A stretch of 64,000 nt of DNA, taken from IMG/VR virus record IMGVR_UViG_3300027730_000005; one strand, given 5' to 3'. Of this stretch, positions 48,805 through 57,425 are shown one piece after another; the stretch's first letter is position 1; each line of letters begins with the position of its first letter. Under the pieces are notes generated by a model that ran no database searches, was not told the origin of the DNA, and saw only the letters and a list, made by a program, of their open reading frames with translations. This stretch comes from a virus (Duplodnaviria > Caudoviricetes). The position numbers and the translations under genes were made by a program.

Positions 48805-48993
48805 TTATGCCTTGGCAGACAATGCTTCTTTTTCGGCAGTGATTTCTTTACGGCGTTCTTTGATGCCCTTGCTCATTTCCTGCAAGGCCTTGCGAGCGCG
48901 AGCTGCTGCGGCTTTTACACCTTTGGCTGTGAATTTTTCATTCTCTGCAATATAAGTTTGGTACGCGGCGACGATTTGGTCGTGATTGGTCAT
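48805..48993 (-). CDS. Small basic helical protein (Hc1 N-terminal-like)
   Basis: EKF..KG.KAAAARARKAL..; start reset to ATG 48993 with AAGGA SD. Confidence 0.7.
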   Translation of the reverse strand: MTNHDQIVAAYQTYIAENEKFTAKGVKAAAARARKALQEMSKGIKERRKEITAEKEALSAKA

Positions 48994-49039
48994 GATATTT
49001 GTTCCTTTGTTAATGACTGGATGTTGTGTCCATGTCAAT

Positions 49040-49068
49040 AGTATATACTCTTGTTGACCGGAAGTCAA
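49040..49068 (-). promoter_or_regulatory. sigma70-like promoter
   Basis: TTGACT-17-TATACT. Confidence 0.7.
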
Positions 49069-49070
49069 TA

Positions 49071-49286
49071 TTATTCTATTATAATATGGCGACGTTCCCA
49101 TGAATCCCATATCACCGTGAGCTTCCAATCACCAGACCAACTTAATTGGAATAGTTCCAACGCCCTATAGTCAGGCAAGTGCAAGCGATTGTCTTGTATG
49201 CGAGCACGACCTCTAGGATTGTTTTTGATCCAGGACTTGAATTTAGCATCCGGCTCCTGGCCGCGATATAGTATTATGTATTGCAC
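49071..49286 (-). CDS. Hypothetical protein (start uncertain)
   Basis: 71-aa ORF, GTG start. Confidence 0.5.
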   Translation of the reverse strand: MQYIILYRGQEPDAKFKSWIKNNPRGRARIQDNRLHLPDYRALELFQLSWSGDWKLTVIWDSWERRHIIIE

Positions 49287-49330
49287 AGAATTAGCATGAA
49301 CTTGTGTTCATGAAATATTTATCCAAAAGG

Positions 49331-49351
49331 AAAGGCCCTGTACGGGCCTTT
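49331..49351 (-). terminator. Rho-independent terminator
   Basis: AAAGGCCC-loop-GGGCCTTT followed by T-rich run on the minus strand. Confidence 0.65.
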
Positions 49352-49373
49352 GGCGTGCGGAAGTTGCAGTTGA

Positions 49374-49721
49374 TTATACCGCTACCTTGTCACCATTGAG
49401 AGTGGTTTCAGTAGAAGTTGGCACTGCCACGGTCTTCACAGCCTTGACTTTGATTTCGCCCTTCTTGGCGATTTTGCTCTTTTCAGAGATCTTATTAGCC
49501 ACAGCAAAGCCAGCGTCGCCTGCTGTGATACCCAGACTCTGCAAGTGTTGCAGAGCTTCCAGCTTGGTCATTGCCCTGGGCAGTTCAACCAAGTTGATAT
49601 CGGTGCAGTTGTTTTTGTTGAGAATCTTGATACGTGCTACCAAGTCGTTTGCAAAGCGGACCTTAACAGTGCCATCGGCATTGGTTGCAGTTCCTGCTAC
49701 GGTAAAAGTTTTTTCAGTCAT
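49374..49721 (-). CDS. Hypothetical protein
   Basis: 115 aa; own promoter and terminator. Confidence 0.75.
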   Translation of the reverse strand: MTEKTFTVAGTATNADGTVKVRFANDLVARIKILNKNNCTDINLVELPRAMTKLEALQHLQSLGITAGDAGFAVANKISEKSKIAKKGEIKVKAVKTVAVPTSTETTLNGDKVAV

Positions 49722-49774
49722 GATTTAAGTTGCCTTTTGAGTTGATTTAAATGCTGTTCCGCACAGCTGACCTA

Positions 49775-49803
49775 AGTATAACACAGAGATTGGTCAATGT
49801 CAA
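49775..49803 (-). promoter_or_regulatory. sigma70-like promoter
   Basis: TTGACA-17-TATACT. Confidence 0.75.
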
Positions 49804-49832
49804 TCTTTTTGTTACATTAGATTGGGGATGAT

Positions 49833-50090
49833 TCACTTGGAACCAGTATTGGTGATTTGGCCTGTTTGCAGCATGCTTTCGAATGTGTCAAACAGTGTTT
49901 CAAATTTGCGATGATACACCGTGGCCAGAGCAGTAAACTCATTGCCCAGTGCTCCTTGATCAGCAAACAGCTTGACATCATCTACCATGCTCCAACATTG
50001 CAGGATTTGCTGTTCCAGATCAAAACGATCTACTTGAGTTGTTGGAACTATAGTCACGGATTCCGTGGATTTGTTTTTGCCTTTTTTCAT
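49833..50090 (-). CDS. Hypothetical protein
   Basis: 85 aa; ATGA-coupled. Confidence 0.65.
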   Translation of the reverse strand: MKKGKNKSTESVTIVPTTQVDRFDLEQQILQCWSMVDDVKLFADQGALGNEFTALATVYHRKFETLFDTFESMLQTGQITNTGSK

Positions 50091-50371
50091 TCTTCAACTC
50101 CAGATTTCTTTTTTGCTAATTCTTGTTCGCATTGAGTAATTGCGGCGTCAAGCATAGCAGTTGTAATTTCTTTGGGATTCATTCCAAAATGCAGTTTAAT
50201 TAACTCTACACCCTGCCCGCGACTAATCATGTCACGCAACATGGGATTCAATGCTATGCAACATTCCCGCACAATCAACTCGGCAAATTTTTCAGCGTGA
50301 TCAACACCCATCCATTTACCGCTGGTATCTGTTCCGGCCTGCTGCATCAGTTCTCGAATTCGTTCGTTCAT
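50087..50371 (-). CDS. 'MNERIREL...EKFAELIV.EC...GVEE' family protein
   Basis: Shared motifs with 50371..50610 and 51070..51297. Confidence 0.75.
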   Translation of the reverse strand: MNERIRELMQQAGTDTSGKWMGVDHAEKFAELIVRECCIALNPMLRDMISRGQGVELIKLHFGMNPKEITTAMLDAAITQCEQELAKKKSGVEE

Positions 50372-50610
50372 CATTCAACTCCGAAATGTTCTTTAATCTC
50401 GTCCCTAATCTCTTTCAACGCATCATAAGTCCATTCGCAGGCCATTTCACCTGCGGCACTATTGCCAACTGGAATACGATATGTTTCAATCTTGTCAATA
50501 CATTCCCGCACAATCAACTCGGCGAACTTTTCCTTACTGAAGACGAGTTCTCCATCGTATTCCACAAGACTTTGTGCGGCAAACCGTTCTAACATAGGTA
50601 TTTTATTCAT
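50371..50610 (-). CDS. 'EKFAELIVREC...FGVE' family protein
   Basis: Start reset to ATG 50610. Confidence 0.75.
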   Translation of the reverse strand: MNKIPMLERFAAQSLVEYDGELVFSKEKFAELIVRECIDKIETYRIPVGNSAAGEMACEWTYDALKEIRDEIKEHFGVE

Positions 50611-50765
50611 AGTCCTACTTGCTTTCCAAATAAACAATAAACTTCGAACCACTTGGTAGGAGGATTCTCAATGAAATATGGATTCACACGGAATGTGATT
50701 TCCCAGTCTCTTGACCACTGAAAGTGTCGTGTTCCAAATCTAATATTAAACCAAAGATTGCTCAT
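50607..50765 (-). CDS. Small hypothetical protein (52 aa; not in ORF track)
   Basis: MSNLWFNIRFG...QVGL*; ATGA overlaps at both ends. Confidence 0.6.
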   Translation of the reverse strand: MSNLWFNIRFGTRHFQWSRDWEITFRVNPYFIENPPTKWFEVYCLFGKQVGL

Positions 50766-51073
50766 ACATTCCCCAATCCTATTCTACTATAACCCAACCG
50801 GCTCTTGATATCTTTACGGTCTTTGTTCTTCTCTGGTTTCCACGCTCTGGGATCAACTGTAGCACCTGTGAGTTCATATCTAAAATCTGGGTCATAAACC
50901 ATATAGCCCAGTTTGTTCCATTTGATTGCTCCATCGTCAAACAAAAAGATACAACCACGACACATACAGAAACTGGCACCACGATCACTCATGACATTGC
51001 CATTGACGGTGCCCACATACTTGACAACATTACCCTTGTGCATTTCTCTCAGGGCTTCCGAATAATCAATCAT
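50762..51073 (-). CDS. Hypothetical protein
   Basis: 103 aa. Confidence 0.65.
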   Translation of the reverse strand: MIDYSEALREMHKGNVVKYVGTVNGNVMSDRGASFCMCRGCIFLFDDGAIKWNKLGYMVYDPDFRYELTGATVDPRAWKPEKNKDRKDIKSRLGYSRIGLGNV

Positions 51074-51297
51074 TCTTCAACTCCAAAATGTTGTTTTAGA
51101 TTGGCAATAATAAAACTTTTAGATAAAATTAGTGTGCCTTCTTCGGTGGCAGGCGAGCCATCAATCCAACTTACACATTCCTGAACAATCAACTCGGCGA
51201 ACTTTTCAACATCAAACTTGTTACCAATATAACAACCAGTTTCATCATAACAACGAGGTGTTGCTAACTTCTCCAGTTCTTTAATTCGTTCGTTCAT
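51070..51297 (-). CDS. 'MNERIKEL...EKFAELIV.EC...FGVEE' family protein
   Basis: Shared motifs. Confidence 0.75.
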   Translation of the reverse strand: MNERIKELEKLATPRCYDETGCYIGNKFDVEKFAELIVQECVSWIDGSPATEEGTLILSKSFIIANLKQHFGVEE

Positions 51298-51396
51298 TTT
51301 GCCATGATCCTTGCCAACACTTCACGAGCCGCAGACAGGTCTTCTACTGGCCAAGTTGAATAAGATTGTGTCCAAGCAACGGAATACATTTTCATT

Positions 51397-51825
51397 TTAG
51401 GCCTCCAAGGCATAGGGCTTGTCCCATGTGCCAATGTTGATGTCAATGTAGTGTGAGCGATGAAAGTAATCAGTTTGGGCGTCGTCTTTGTTGAAGAAGT
51501 CCGGACCTTCCATAGCAGCCTTCATCTCGGTAAGAAACGCTCGGGCCTTGCCGCTGTAGTGTTCATGGATCCAATAAGTGTTCACGTCCAGGCTACGATT
51601 CTTGCGGATGTAAGCCACTTGGTCCTCGCTCATCTTGTTACCGTAGTTCTTGGCAGCATCGGTTTGGATGTAGTTTTCAACAAAGTCAATGCTGCCTTGA
51701 CGCACATTCAGCACCAGTGTTGAGTGATTGCGAACTGCAATACTTGCCTTGATGCCGTACTTTTTGCAAATTGCCTTGATAGTAGGGGCCAGTTTTGCTT
51801 TCATGTCCTGGGATACGTATGCCAT
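51397..51825 (-). CDS. Early hypothetical protein
   Basis: Strong promoter and GGAG SD; D.QTDYF motif. Confidence 0.75.
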   Translation of the reverse strand: MAYVSQDMKAKLAPTIKAICKKYGIKASIAVRNHSTLVLNVRQGSIDFVENYIQTDAAKNYGNKMSEDQVAYIRKNRSLDVNTYWIHEHYSGKARAFLTEMKAAMEGPDFFNKDDAQTDYFHRSHYIDINIGTWDKPYALEA

Positions 51826-51858
51826 CTTTCACTCCTGTTTGTTGCTGTCTATGTGTAT

Positions 51859-51887
51859 ATTATAGCAAATTGAGAAATTCTGGTCAA
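51859..51887 (-). promoter_or_regulatory. Early sigma70-like promoter cassette
   Basis: TTGACC-17-TATAAT; leader ATACACATAGACAGCAACAAACAGGAG. Confidence 0.85.
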
Positions 51888-51929
51888 CCGTTTTTGCTAC
51901 ACAAAAAGTAGTACTAAAAAGTATTACTT

Positions 51930-52169
51930 TTAGGCCATGTTGAGTTGAACTTGCAGACCTTCCCAAGTGCCGCCAAGGCCTGTGGAACACATCTCAACAC
52001 CGTCACCTGAACGGTATGCTTCGAGTGCATTCAGAGCCTTTTGAGTAGCGGCATTACAGTTCACAAAGTCACCGACACCGTTGCGAATCTGTTTAGCGGT
52101 GGCATAGAAACATGCATCACCAACAATCACGCGGAATTTTTGGCTGGTCCTAAAACGCTTCATGTTCAT
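51930..52169 (-). CDS. Early hypothetical protein
   Basis: 79 aa; GGAG SD. Confidence 0.7.
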   Translation of the reverse strand: MNMKRFRTSQKFRVIVGDACFYATAKQIRNGVGDFVNCNAATQKALNALEAYRSGDGVEMCSTGLGGTWEGLQVQLNMA

Positions 52170-52202
52170 TTGGAGCTCCTGTTTGTTGCTGTCTATGTGT
52201 AT

Positions 52203-52231
52203 ATTATAGCAAATTGGGAATTATCGGGCAA
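52203..52231 (-). promoter_or_regulatory. Early sigma70-like promoter cassette
   Basis: TTGCCC-17-TATAAT; 41 bp identical to the 51.86-kb cassette. Confidence 0.85.
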
Positions 52232-52254
52232 CCGAAATTTGTAATACTCAAGTA

Positions 52255-52737
52255 TTACATCGACCAATAAGATTCTGACGCAGGGTTGCACGACCAGGGA
52301 GTGTCACGGTCAATTTCAATGTCCTGGCCAGTCATCAGGTTTTTAACTGTTTTCATTGTGGGAAAGAACTCAATGCGGAAGCCTTTGCTCACAGGCCAAA
52401 GTTCATATTGCAGTTCACGGACTTCACGCTTCATTTCAGCTTCATCGCGATTGCGCCATACAGTAGTCGAAACCAATCGCTCACCACTCTTGGTGCGACG
52501 ATCTGTTTTGTAAATGTACACGGTGTGATCTTGCTTGCTCATGAGATTCTTGCGAGTGACCATGCGCGGTTGATAAGTTTTGGTATCAACAATGTCCAGC
52601 TCGTCAATGCTCCAACCTGCTTTATTGCAAAGACGAGTACGAGTGGCGCGAGCGGCACCAAAAGTCTTGTATGCACGGGTTCTGTGGGGACCGTCTGTAA
52701 CAATGTGCCCGGTACCTTTTGCGACAATGTAAAACAT
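52255..52737 (-). CDS. Early hypothetical protein
   Basis: 160 aa; AAGGAG SD. Confidence 0.75.
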   Translation of the reverse strand: MFYIVAKGTGHIVTDGPHRTRAYKTFGAARATRTRLCNKAGWSIDELDIVDTKTYQPRMVTRKNLMSKQDHTVYIYKTDRRTKSGERLVSTTVWRNRDEAEMKREVRELQYELWPVSKGFRIEFFPTMKTVKNLMTGQDIEIDRDTPWSCNPASESYWSM

Positions 52738-52767
52738 TCTAGCTCCTTTGTTGCTGTCTATGTGTAT

Positions 52768-52796
52768 ATTATAGCCGATCTAGCAATTCCGGTCTA
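52768..52796 (-). promoter_or_regulatory. Early sigma70-like promoter cassette
   Basis: TAGACC-17-TATAAT with the same leader. Confidence 0.8.
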
Positions 52797-52948
52797 CCGT
52801 TTTACACCATATTTTTACAAAAAAGAACTAGATTTTTGTGGGATTTTTGCAACAAAATTTTGTTGTTTTTTTGCAACATTATCCAGTTCTGCTTCATATC
52901 GATCTCCTTTGTTGCCATGGGTGTCTATAGCGCCCGTCGGCACCCTTG

Positions 52949-53353
52949 TCACGCCGCTCTGTAGTGTCTCCAGCTGTCGTGGTCGCCCGAGCGCTTGCCT
53001 TTTTCCTTGTGGCATACACTGCATAACTCTTGTAGATTCGCAGTGCGGTTGTCTGTGTTGTTGCCGTTCTTGTGATCTACTTCTGTGCTGAGTTTAAAGC
53101 CGGTGCTCTTTACCAGAGCCCAATTTATCACACAGGGGAACCCCAATCGGCTCTTGGTGTTGCTGCAACGATTCTTCTTAAATCGCGTGACACCTGGCGC
53201 CAAGGGATAGTCCATGTAGCTGTTCTTGTGGCAAGTGCCGCAGAACACTCGGTACCGCACGCCTTCTTTACCCACTTTGCCACGCATGGGAACGCAAAAA
53301 CTGCCACAGCCTAGATTGATACAAACGGGTCTAAAATGCAATACTTTTCCCAC
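52949..53353 (-). CDS. HNH endonuclease-domain protein
   Basis: EVDHKNGNNTDNR..NL..LC..CH; Cys pairs. Confidence 0.85.
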   Translation of the reverse strand: MGKVLHFRPVCINLGCGSFCVPMRGKVGKEGVRYRVFCGTCHKNSYMDYPLAPGVTRFKKNRCSNTKSRLGFPCVINWALVKSTGFKLSTEVDHKNGNNTDNRTANLQELCSVCHKEKGKRSGDHDSWRHYRAA

Positions 53354-53380
53354 AATGTGCTCCTTAGTGTCTATGTGTGT

Positions 53381-53409
53381 ATTGTAGCCAATCTAGCAAT
53401 TCTGGTCTA
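53381..53409 (-). promoter_or_regulatory. Early sigma70-like promoter cassette
   Basis: TAGACC-17-TACAAT. Confidence 0.75.
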
Positions 53410-53889
53410 CCGTTTTACATCATATTTTTTCAAAAAAGAACTAGATTTTTGTGGTATTTTTGCAACGAAATCTTGTTGTTTTTTTGCAACATTATCTAGT
53501 GCAGCTTCAATTTGATCCCAGGGCACACCGTGTTCCTTATACCCTTCTGATAGCATATTCAAGTATTCTTGACTGGGATAACCATCAGGATTATCGGGCT
53601 GCATACGGTAACATTCTGCCATCACAATATTGCCTTGATATTGCACAGGCAATATGTCACGGCCGTAATAATACGGATATCCTTCCAGCTGATCCAACGA
53701 TTTCAAATGATCCGTATCAATCAGCCACAGCACACCATCAACTGAAGAGTCAGCTGGCACTACATCAGCATGTCGCGCAAATCTAAACTCATGATCCAGC
53801 AGGGTGGCTGCACCCATGCTGATGGCACCAGGACAACGATGAGCCATCTGGGCGGTGTTTGTGTTCATGCCATATGCAAAATAAAACAT
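53407..53889 (-). CDS. Gamma-glutamylcyclotransferase-like protein
   Basis: YFAYG.N; M..RCP; V.GVLW; LD.LEGYP..Y. Confidence 0.88.
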   Translation of the reverse strand: MFYFAYGMNTNTAQMAHRCPGAISMGAATLLDHEFRFARHADVVPADSSVDGVLWLIDTDHLKSLDQLEGYPYYYGRDILPVQYQGNIVMAECYRMQPDNPDGYPSQEYLNMLSEGYKEHGVPWDQIEAALDNVAKKQQDFVAKIPQKSSSFLKKYDVKR

Positions 53890-54449
53890 CAGTCGATAAT
53901 CAAGTGTTTAAAATAGTCAAAGTGGCGTTCCAGTGTCCAAGTGTTTGGATCAACTGAAACTCCGTCATGGGTTTCAAATGTGGCCTCAAATACCTGACTG
54001 TAACGTCGGAATGGCAACCACATGTCCGGAGTGGCACTGGCCCACCCTGCATCTTTGAGTTGGACATGTTTTGCACGGCTCAACTTTACTGTAGGGGCAT
54101 TCAGTGCCTGTTCAACTGTGATTGCCCCTGCCAGCAACAAATCTCGAATACGTTTTAGCGGAATTAAATGTTCAAAGTCTGTTTCTGTATCAGCACCTTG
54201 TTCGTGATAATGTGCAGCCATGTTGTCACGTTGTTTGATACAATACTCGTGATAACGACGAATTTGTTCATCAATATCAGTACGGATTTCTCGCAACAGT
54301 TGTTGATCATTTTCCACAGCACGATATTCGTCGATGAATCGAGCCAGTTGTGTGTTACAGCGTGTTGCTACTGTTTTGTAAGTTTCCGCAGTGCGTTTGG
54401 TCTTACTATACACTGGTGCTGTGAATTTTTCAAGAGATTCTTTAAGCAT
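53889..54449 (-). CDS. Hypothetical protein
   Basis: 186 aa; FEHLIP motif weakly HNH-like. Confidence 0.7.
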   Translation of the reverse strand: MLKESLEKFTAPVYSKTKRTAETYKTVATRCNTQLARFIDEYRAVENDQQLLREIRTDIDEQIRRYHEYCIKQRDNMAAHYHEQGADTETDFEHLIPLKRIRDLLLAGAITVEQALNAPTVKLSRAKHVQLKDAGWASATPDMWLPFRRYSQVFEATFETHDGVSVDPNTWTLERHFDYFKHLIID

Positions 54450-54451
54450 GA

Positions 54452-54979
54452 TTATTCAAACAATGTGTTCCAAGTTGATGTTGCTATGTAACTTTTTTTA
54501 TCAATGTAAGATTCATCCTTGATGTTGCCAATTGGGATGTGGCCATGCAATTCCAGATGTTCTTTAATTAATTGTCTTTCAAGTTGTTTTACGTGTAGAA
54601 CAGGATCATGAATACTAGGGCTTGGCACCTTGGTTAAATCATAAACCGTAAGTTTCATTCCAACACGATTTAGATTCTTTCCAGTTTTCTGAAAAAAATA
54701 TTCGTCAATGGTACGCATATCACTGCCATTTGGCCCAGACAATCGATATTTCCACCCAAGTAAATGTCCAGCTTGTCGATATGTACGATCACCTGAGTTT
54801 GAGTTCTTATCTACACTAATCCCATGTTTGACTATCATTTCTTGATATTCAAATGTGTATACATAGTAGATTACATCTAAAGCCTTCATGATTGAAGAAA
54901 TATCTGATGCCTGAGAAAGTGAAGCCAATTCAATTTCGTAAACTGGATACGGAGTAGTTTTTAATATTCGATAACTCAT
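54452..54979 (-). CDS. Hypothetical protein (weak GIY-YIG-like pattern)
   Basis: YVYTF...VKHGIS; start reset to 54979. Confidence 0.6.
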   Translation of the reverse strand: MSYRILKTTPYPVYEIELASLSQASDISSIMKALDVIYYVYTFEYQEMIVKHGISVDKNSNSGDRTYRQAGHLLGWKYRLSGPNGSDMRTIDEYFFQKTGKNLNRVGMKLTVYDLTKVPSPSIHDPVLHVKQLERQLIKEHLELHGHIPIGNIKDESYIDKKSYIATSTWNTLFE

Positions 54980-54980
54980 T

Positions 54981-56027
54981 TTACATCTCCTTGGGGAACA
55001 ATCCTTCAGCAACATTGCCTTCTTCAATACCCATCTTGGCTCCTTCGCCGTGATATGGCAGATTCAATGTGCCACCGTTCCGCATGTACAGTTCACGCAG
55101 GAAGTTGCTCATTGCACTTGGGGCACTCCAGGTACTACCTGGATTTACATGTTCCCATTGCACTTTGGCCTTGGCGTGAATCAAGTTGGAACTTTTAAAG
55201 GTATTCTTGACTAATTTAAGAACGTCTTGCATCCAACCGGCAGGCAACGGTGTAACAACTGCATTGATGCGATGCAGCTCGTACAATCCAATGTACACAC
55301 CCTGATCAATTTCTTCTTGCATAGGGAATACATCTTTGATTGCAGTTAGAATATTAAACAACACCTTTCCGCTGTCATCAACTTCAATGCCTTTTTGTGC
55401 ATACTTAAAGTGACTGAAGAAATGATCGTTGTCGCCGCGCAGGTTGTCGCTGGCACGTGATCCTTTGTCTTGCAAGTCAATACCCACAGCATCAAATTGA
55501 TCTTGCATAGTGCGAGCTCGTACCACTTTGATATCACGGCTTCCATTTTTGTAACGCACTAGGGCATTACGATGAAGGTCGCCAGGATTCAGTCGCTTGA
55601 CGCCAGTATCATTGAGCATTTCAAATGCATAGCTGGCAAAGTTTGGGTCGTCAGTTTCAACCACAGCACAAGGAATTTCTGTAAATCCCAGAATACCAGC
55701 TGCAATAGTACGATGCTGGGCATCATACAAATAGGTCTTGGGCAATCCATTCAGGCGACAGGCAGAACCTGGCGAACAGATACGAGGATCCCATTTGCGC
55801 ATGATGTTAATGATGTGCTTGTGAATAACATCACGTTGCACCTCATAGTCGATCCAGAGATCCTCAATCAAGATCATTGTGCTTACTGGAAATTTATGTG
55901 ACATTGCACGAGCACGGGTTTTCCATGCGTCAATGTCTTTTTGTGTTACTCCGTAGTGTGCTTTGAGTTGAGTTTCAACCTCGGCAATAACATCCGTGAG
56001 TTTACGTGTGAGGCGTTTAGCTGCCAT
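54981..56027 (-). CDS. ParB/DGQHR-like domain protein
   Basis: DYEVQR; YLYDAQHRT motif. Confidence 0.7.
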   Translation of the reverse strand: MAAKRLTRKLTDVIAEVETQLKAHYGVTQKDIDAWKTRARAMSHKFPVSTMILIEDLWIDYEVQRDVIHKHIINIMRKWDPRICSPGSACRLNGLPKTYLYDAQHRTIAAGILGFTEIPCAVVETDDPNFASYAFEMLNDTGVKRLNPGDLHRNALVRYKNGSRDIKVVRARTMQDQFDAVGIDLQDKGSRASDNLRGDNDHFFSHFKYAQKGIEVDDSGKVLFNILTAIKDVFPMQEEIDQGVYIGLYELHRINAVVTPLPAGWMQDVLKLVKNTFKSSNLIHAKAKVQWEHVNPGSTWSAPSAMSNFLRELYMRNGGTLNLPYHGEGAKMGIEEGNVAEGLFPKEM

Positions 56028-56078
56028 TTGAGTTACCTTTCTTACCGGAACAATACCGGATTAGTTAATTAAGTGTGT

Positions 56079-56107
56079 AGTATAGCAGCACCTGCGATAC
56101 TGGTCAA
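56079..56107 (-). promoter_or_regulatory. sigma70-like promoter
   Basis: TTGACC-17-TATACT. Confidence 0.75.
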
Positions 56108-56110
56108 CCT

Positions 56111-56467
56111 CTAAATAATTGCTATTTTTTCGTTGGCAGATCTGCGATCACTGTACAACTGCTCGCCCCTGGCTCGAATCAAATCAGCTGCCGATTGCGG
56201 ATGTTGAGTGAACATTTCCACAAGATCTTCTCGGTCTATACTACCATCCACACCGATGGCATAGATTTCATAATGCCGTTGTGGATTAAACCTTGCGCGA
56301 AGTTTCCAGTGCTCGATGTTGAAATTCTCTTTAGGCACAGGTTTGTTGCCCAATATAGCCCAGGCTTTGAGAGCAGGATCGTAAACTTCGGCCACAGCTT
56401 CTAGTCCGTTGCAATCCCACATCACAACAAACGTTCGTGGGCGCGGTTCTTGATCGTCTTGAATCAT
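56111..56467 (-). CDS. Hypothetical protein
   Basis: 118 aa. Confidence 0.7.
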   Translation of the reverse strand: MIQDDQEPRPRTFVVMWDCNGLEAVAEVYDPALKAWAILGNKPVPKENFNIEHWKLRARFNPQRHYEIYAIGVDGSIDREDLVEMFTQHPQSAADLIRARGEQLYSDRRSANEKIAII

Positions 56468-56688
56468 AATTGAAATTGCTTTAGCACTTGTTTGGCTTGA
56501 TTGAAATTCTTGATGTCAAGCTCTATAGTCTCATATTCCAGTAGACACATCAACGTACTGGCTTGAACTTGGTCTTGTTCATTGAGATTTTCATACCAGG
56601 AGAGAAATTCATCACGTGTGGAACAACTCCAAATCTTATCCAACATGGCATATTGTGATCGGGTAAGGTTGTCAATTTTTATAAGCAT
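56464..56688 (-). CDS. Hypothetical protein
   Basis: 74 aa. Confidence 0.65.
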   Translation of the reverse strand: MLIKIDNLTRSQYAMLDKIWSCSTRDEFLSWYENLNEQDQVQASTLMCLLEYETIELDIKNFNQAKQVLKQFQL

Positions 56689-56693
56689 GGTTG

Positions 56694-56978
56694 TTACTTT
56701 TCTTCGTTGTTGATTAATCCGTTACTGCGTCGATCTGAAACATTATCTAGGTCTTGTTCCAATCGTCTTTCTTTGATTGATTTTATACCTAAAACTTTTT
56801 CTCCCGAGCAAAGCAAACATTTGGGATTGCCACAATCCAATGCATGGTGTTTCACAAACTTGTGAGGTTCTGTAACTGGAACTCTAAAAGTTTTGGCGAT
56901 CTTGGTTTGCTTTTTCACAGCATTCTCATCTTTTTGAATGCGCTTGTTTTTTTTGATTTTGTCTTGTTCTGTGCTCAT
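56694..56978 (-). CDS. Basic hypothetical protein with CGNPKCLLC motif
   Basis: ATGA-coupled to upstream LRW gene. Confidence 0.7.
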   Translation of the reverse strand: MSTEQDKIKKNKRIQKDENAVKKQTKIAKTFRVPVTEPHKFVKHHALDCGNPKCLLCSGEKVLGIKSIKERRLEQDLDNVSDRRSNGLINNEEK

Positions 56979-57208
56979 TGCCACCTCAGTAAAAATGCAA
57001 AATAATCTCGCTCACTGTCGAAATAAAAAACATATCTACCTGGCTGTTGATAATTGCTCATCTCTACCAGTTGCCATCGCCAATCATGCACCAGTTCATC
57101 TTTGCACCATTCGATCATCTGGTCCAGAATGCCTGTTTTCTTTCCAAGTTCATGCGAATGTCGAAAACTTTCCTTGTCGCGTACAGCATAATGATCTAAA
57201 ATTTGCAT
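56975..57208 (-). CDS. Small 'LRW' family protein
   Basis: Ends YFAFLLRWQ. Confidence 0.7.
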   Translation of the reverse strand: MQILDHYAVRDKESFRHSHELGKKTGILDQMIEWCKDELVHDWRWQLVEMSNYQQPGRYVFYFDSERDYFAFLLRWQ

Positions 57209-57233
57209 GTATTATTATATATGTACTCGTCTT

Positions 57234-57425
57234 CTATCTCTGACACTTTAGACCATAGAAGGTGGTCATTGTTTGGTCCTGAAACATCAGCACCACAGAT
57301 TTGGGATTTGGAATATATTTCCAACAAAAGTCCTGGCCTTGCACAAGACCATCATTTCTCAATTGGTAACATATTTCTATACCACGAGCAGCACTGGTAT
57401 TCTCAAACACAATTTCATACCACAT
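57234..57425 (-). CDS. Possible small LKW-like protein
   Basis: Ends TFYGLKCQR; start uncertain. Confidence 0.4.
   Translation of the reverse strand: MWYEIVFENTSAARGIEICYQLRNDGLVQGQDFCWKYIPNPKSVVLMFQDQTMTTFYGLKCQR

Noticed and set aside
52815-53024. 69-aa ORF as an independent gene
   Set aside because: Overlaps the HNH 3' end and its tail duplicates the GGCT C-terminus; best explained as a duplication relic.
52408-53091. 227-aa plus-strand ORF
   Set aside because: Antisense to well-supported genes and promoters; no motif or SD.
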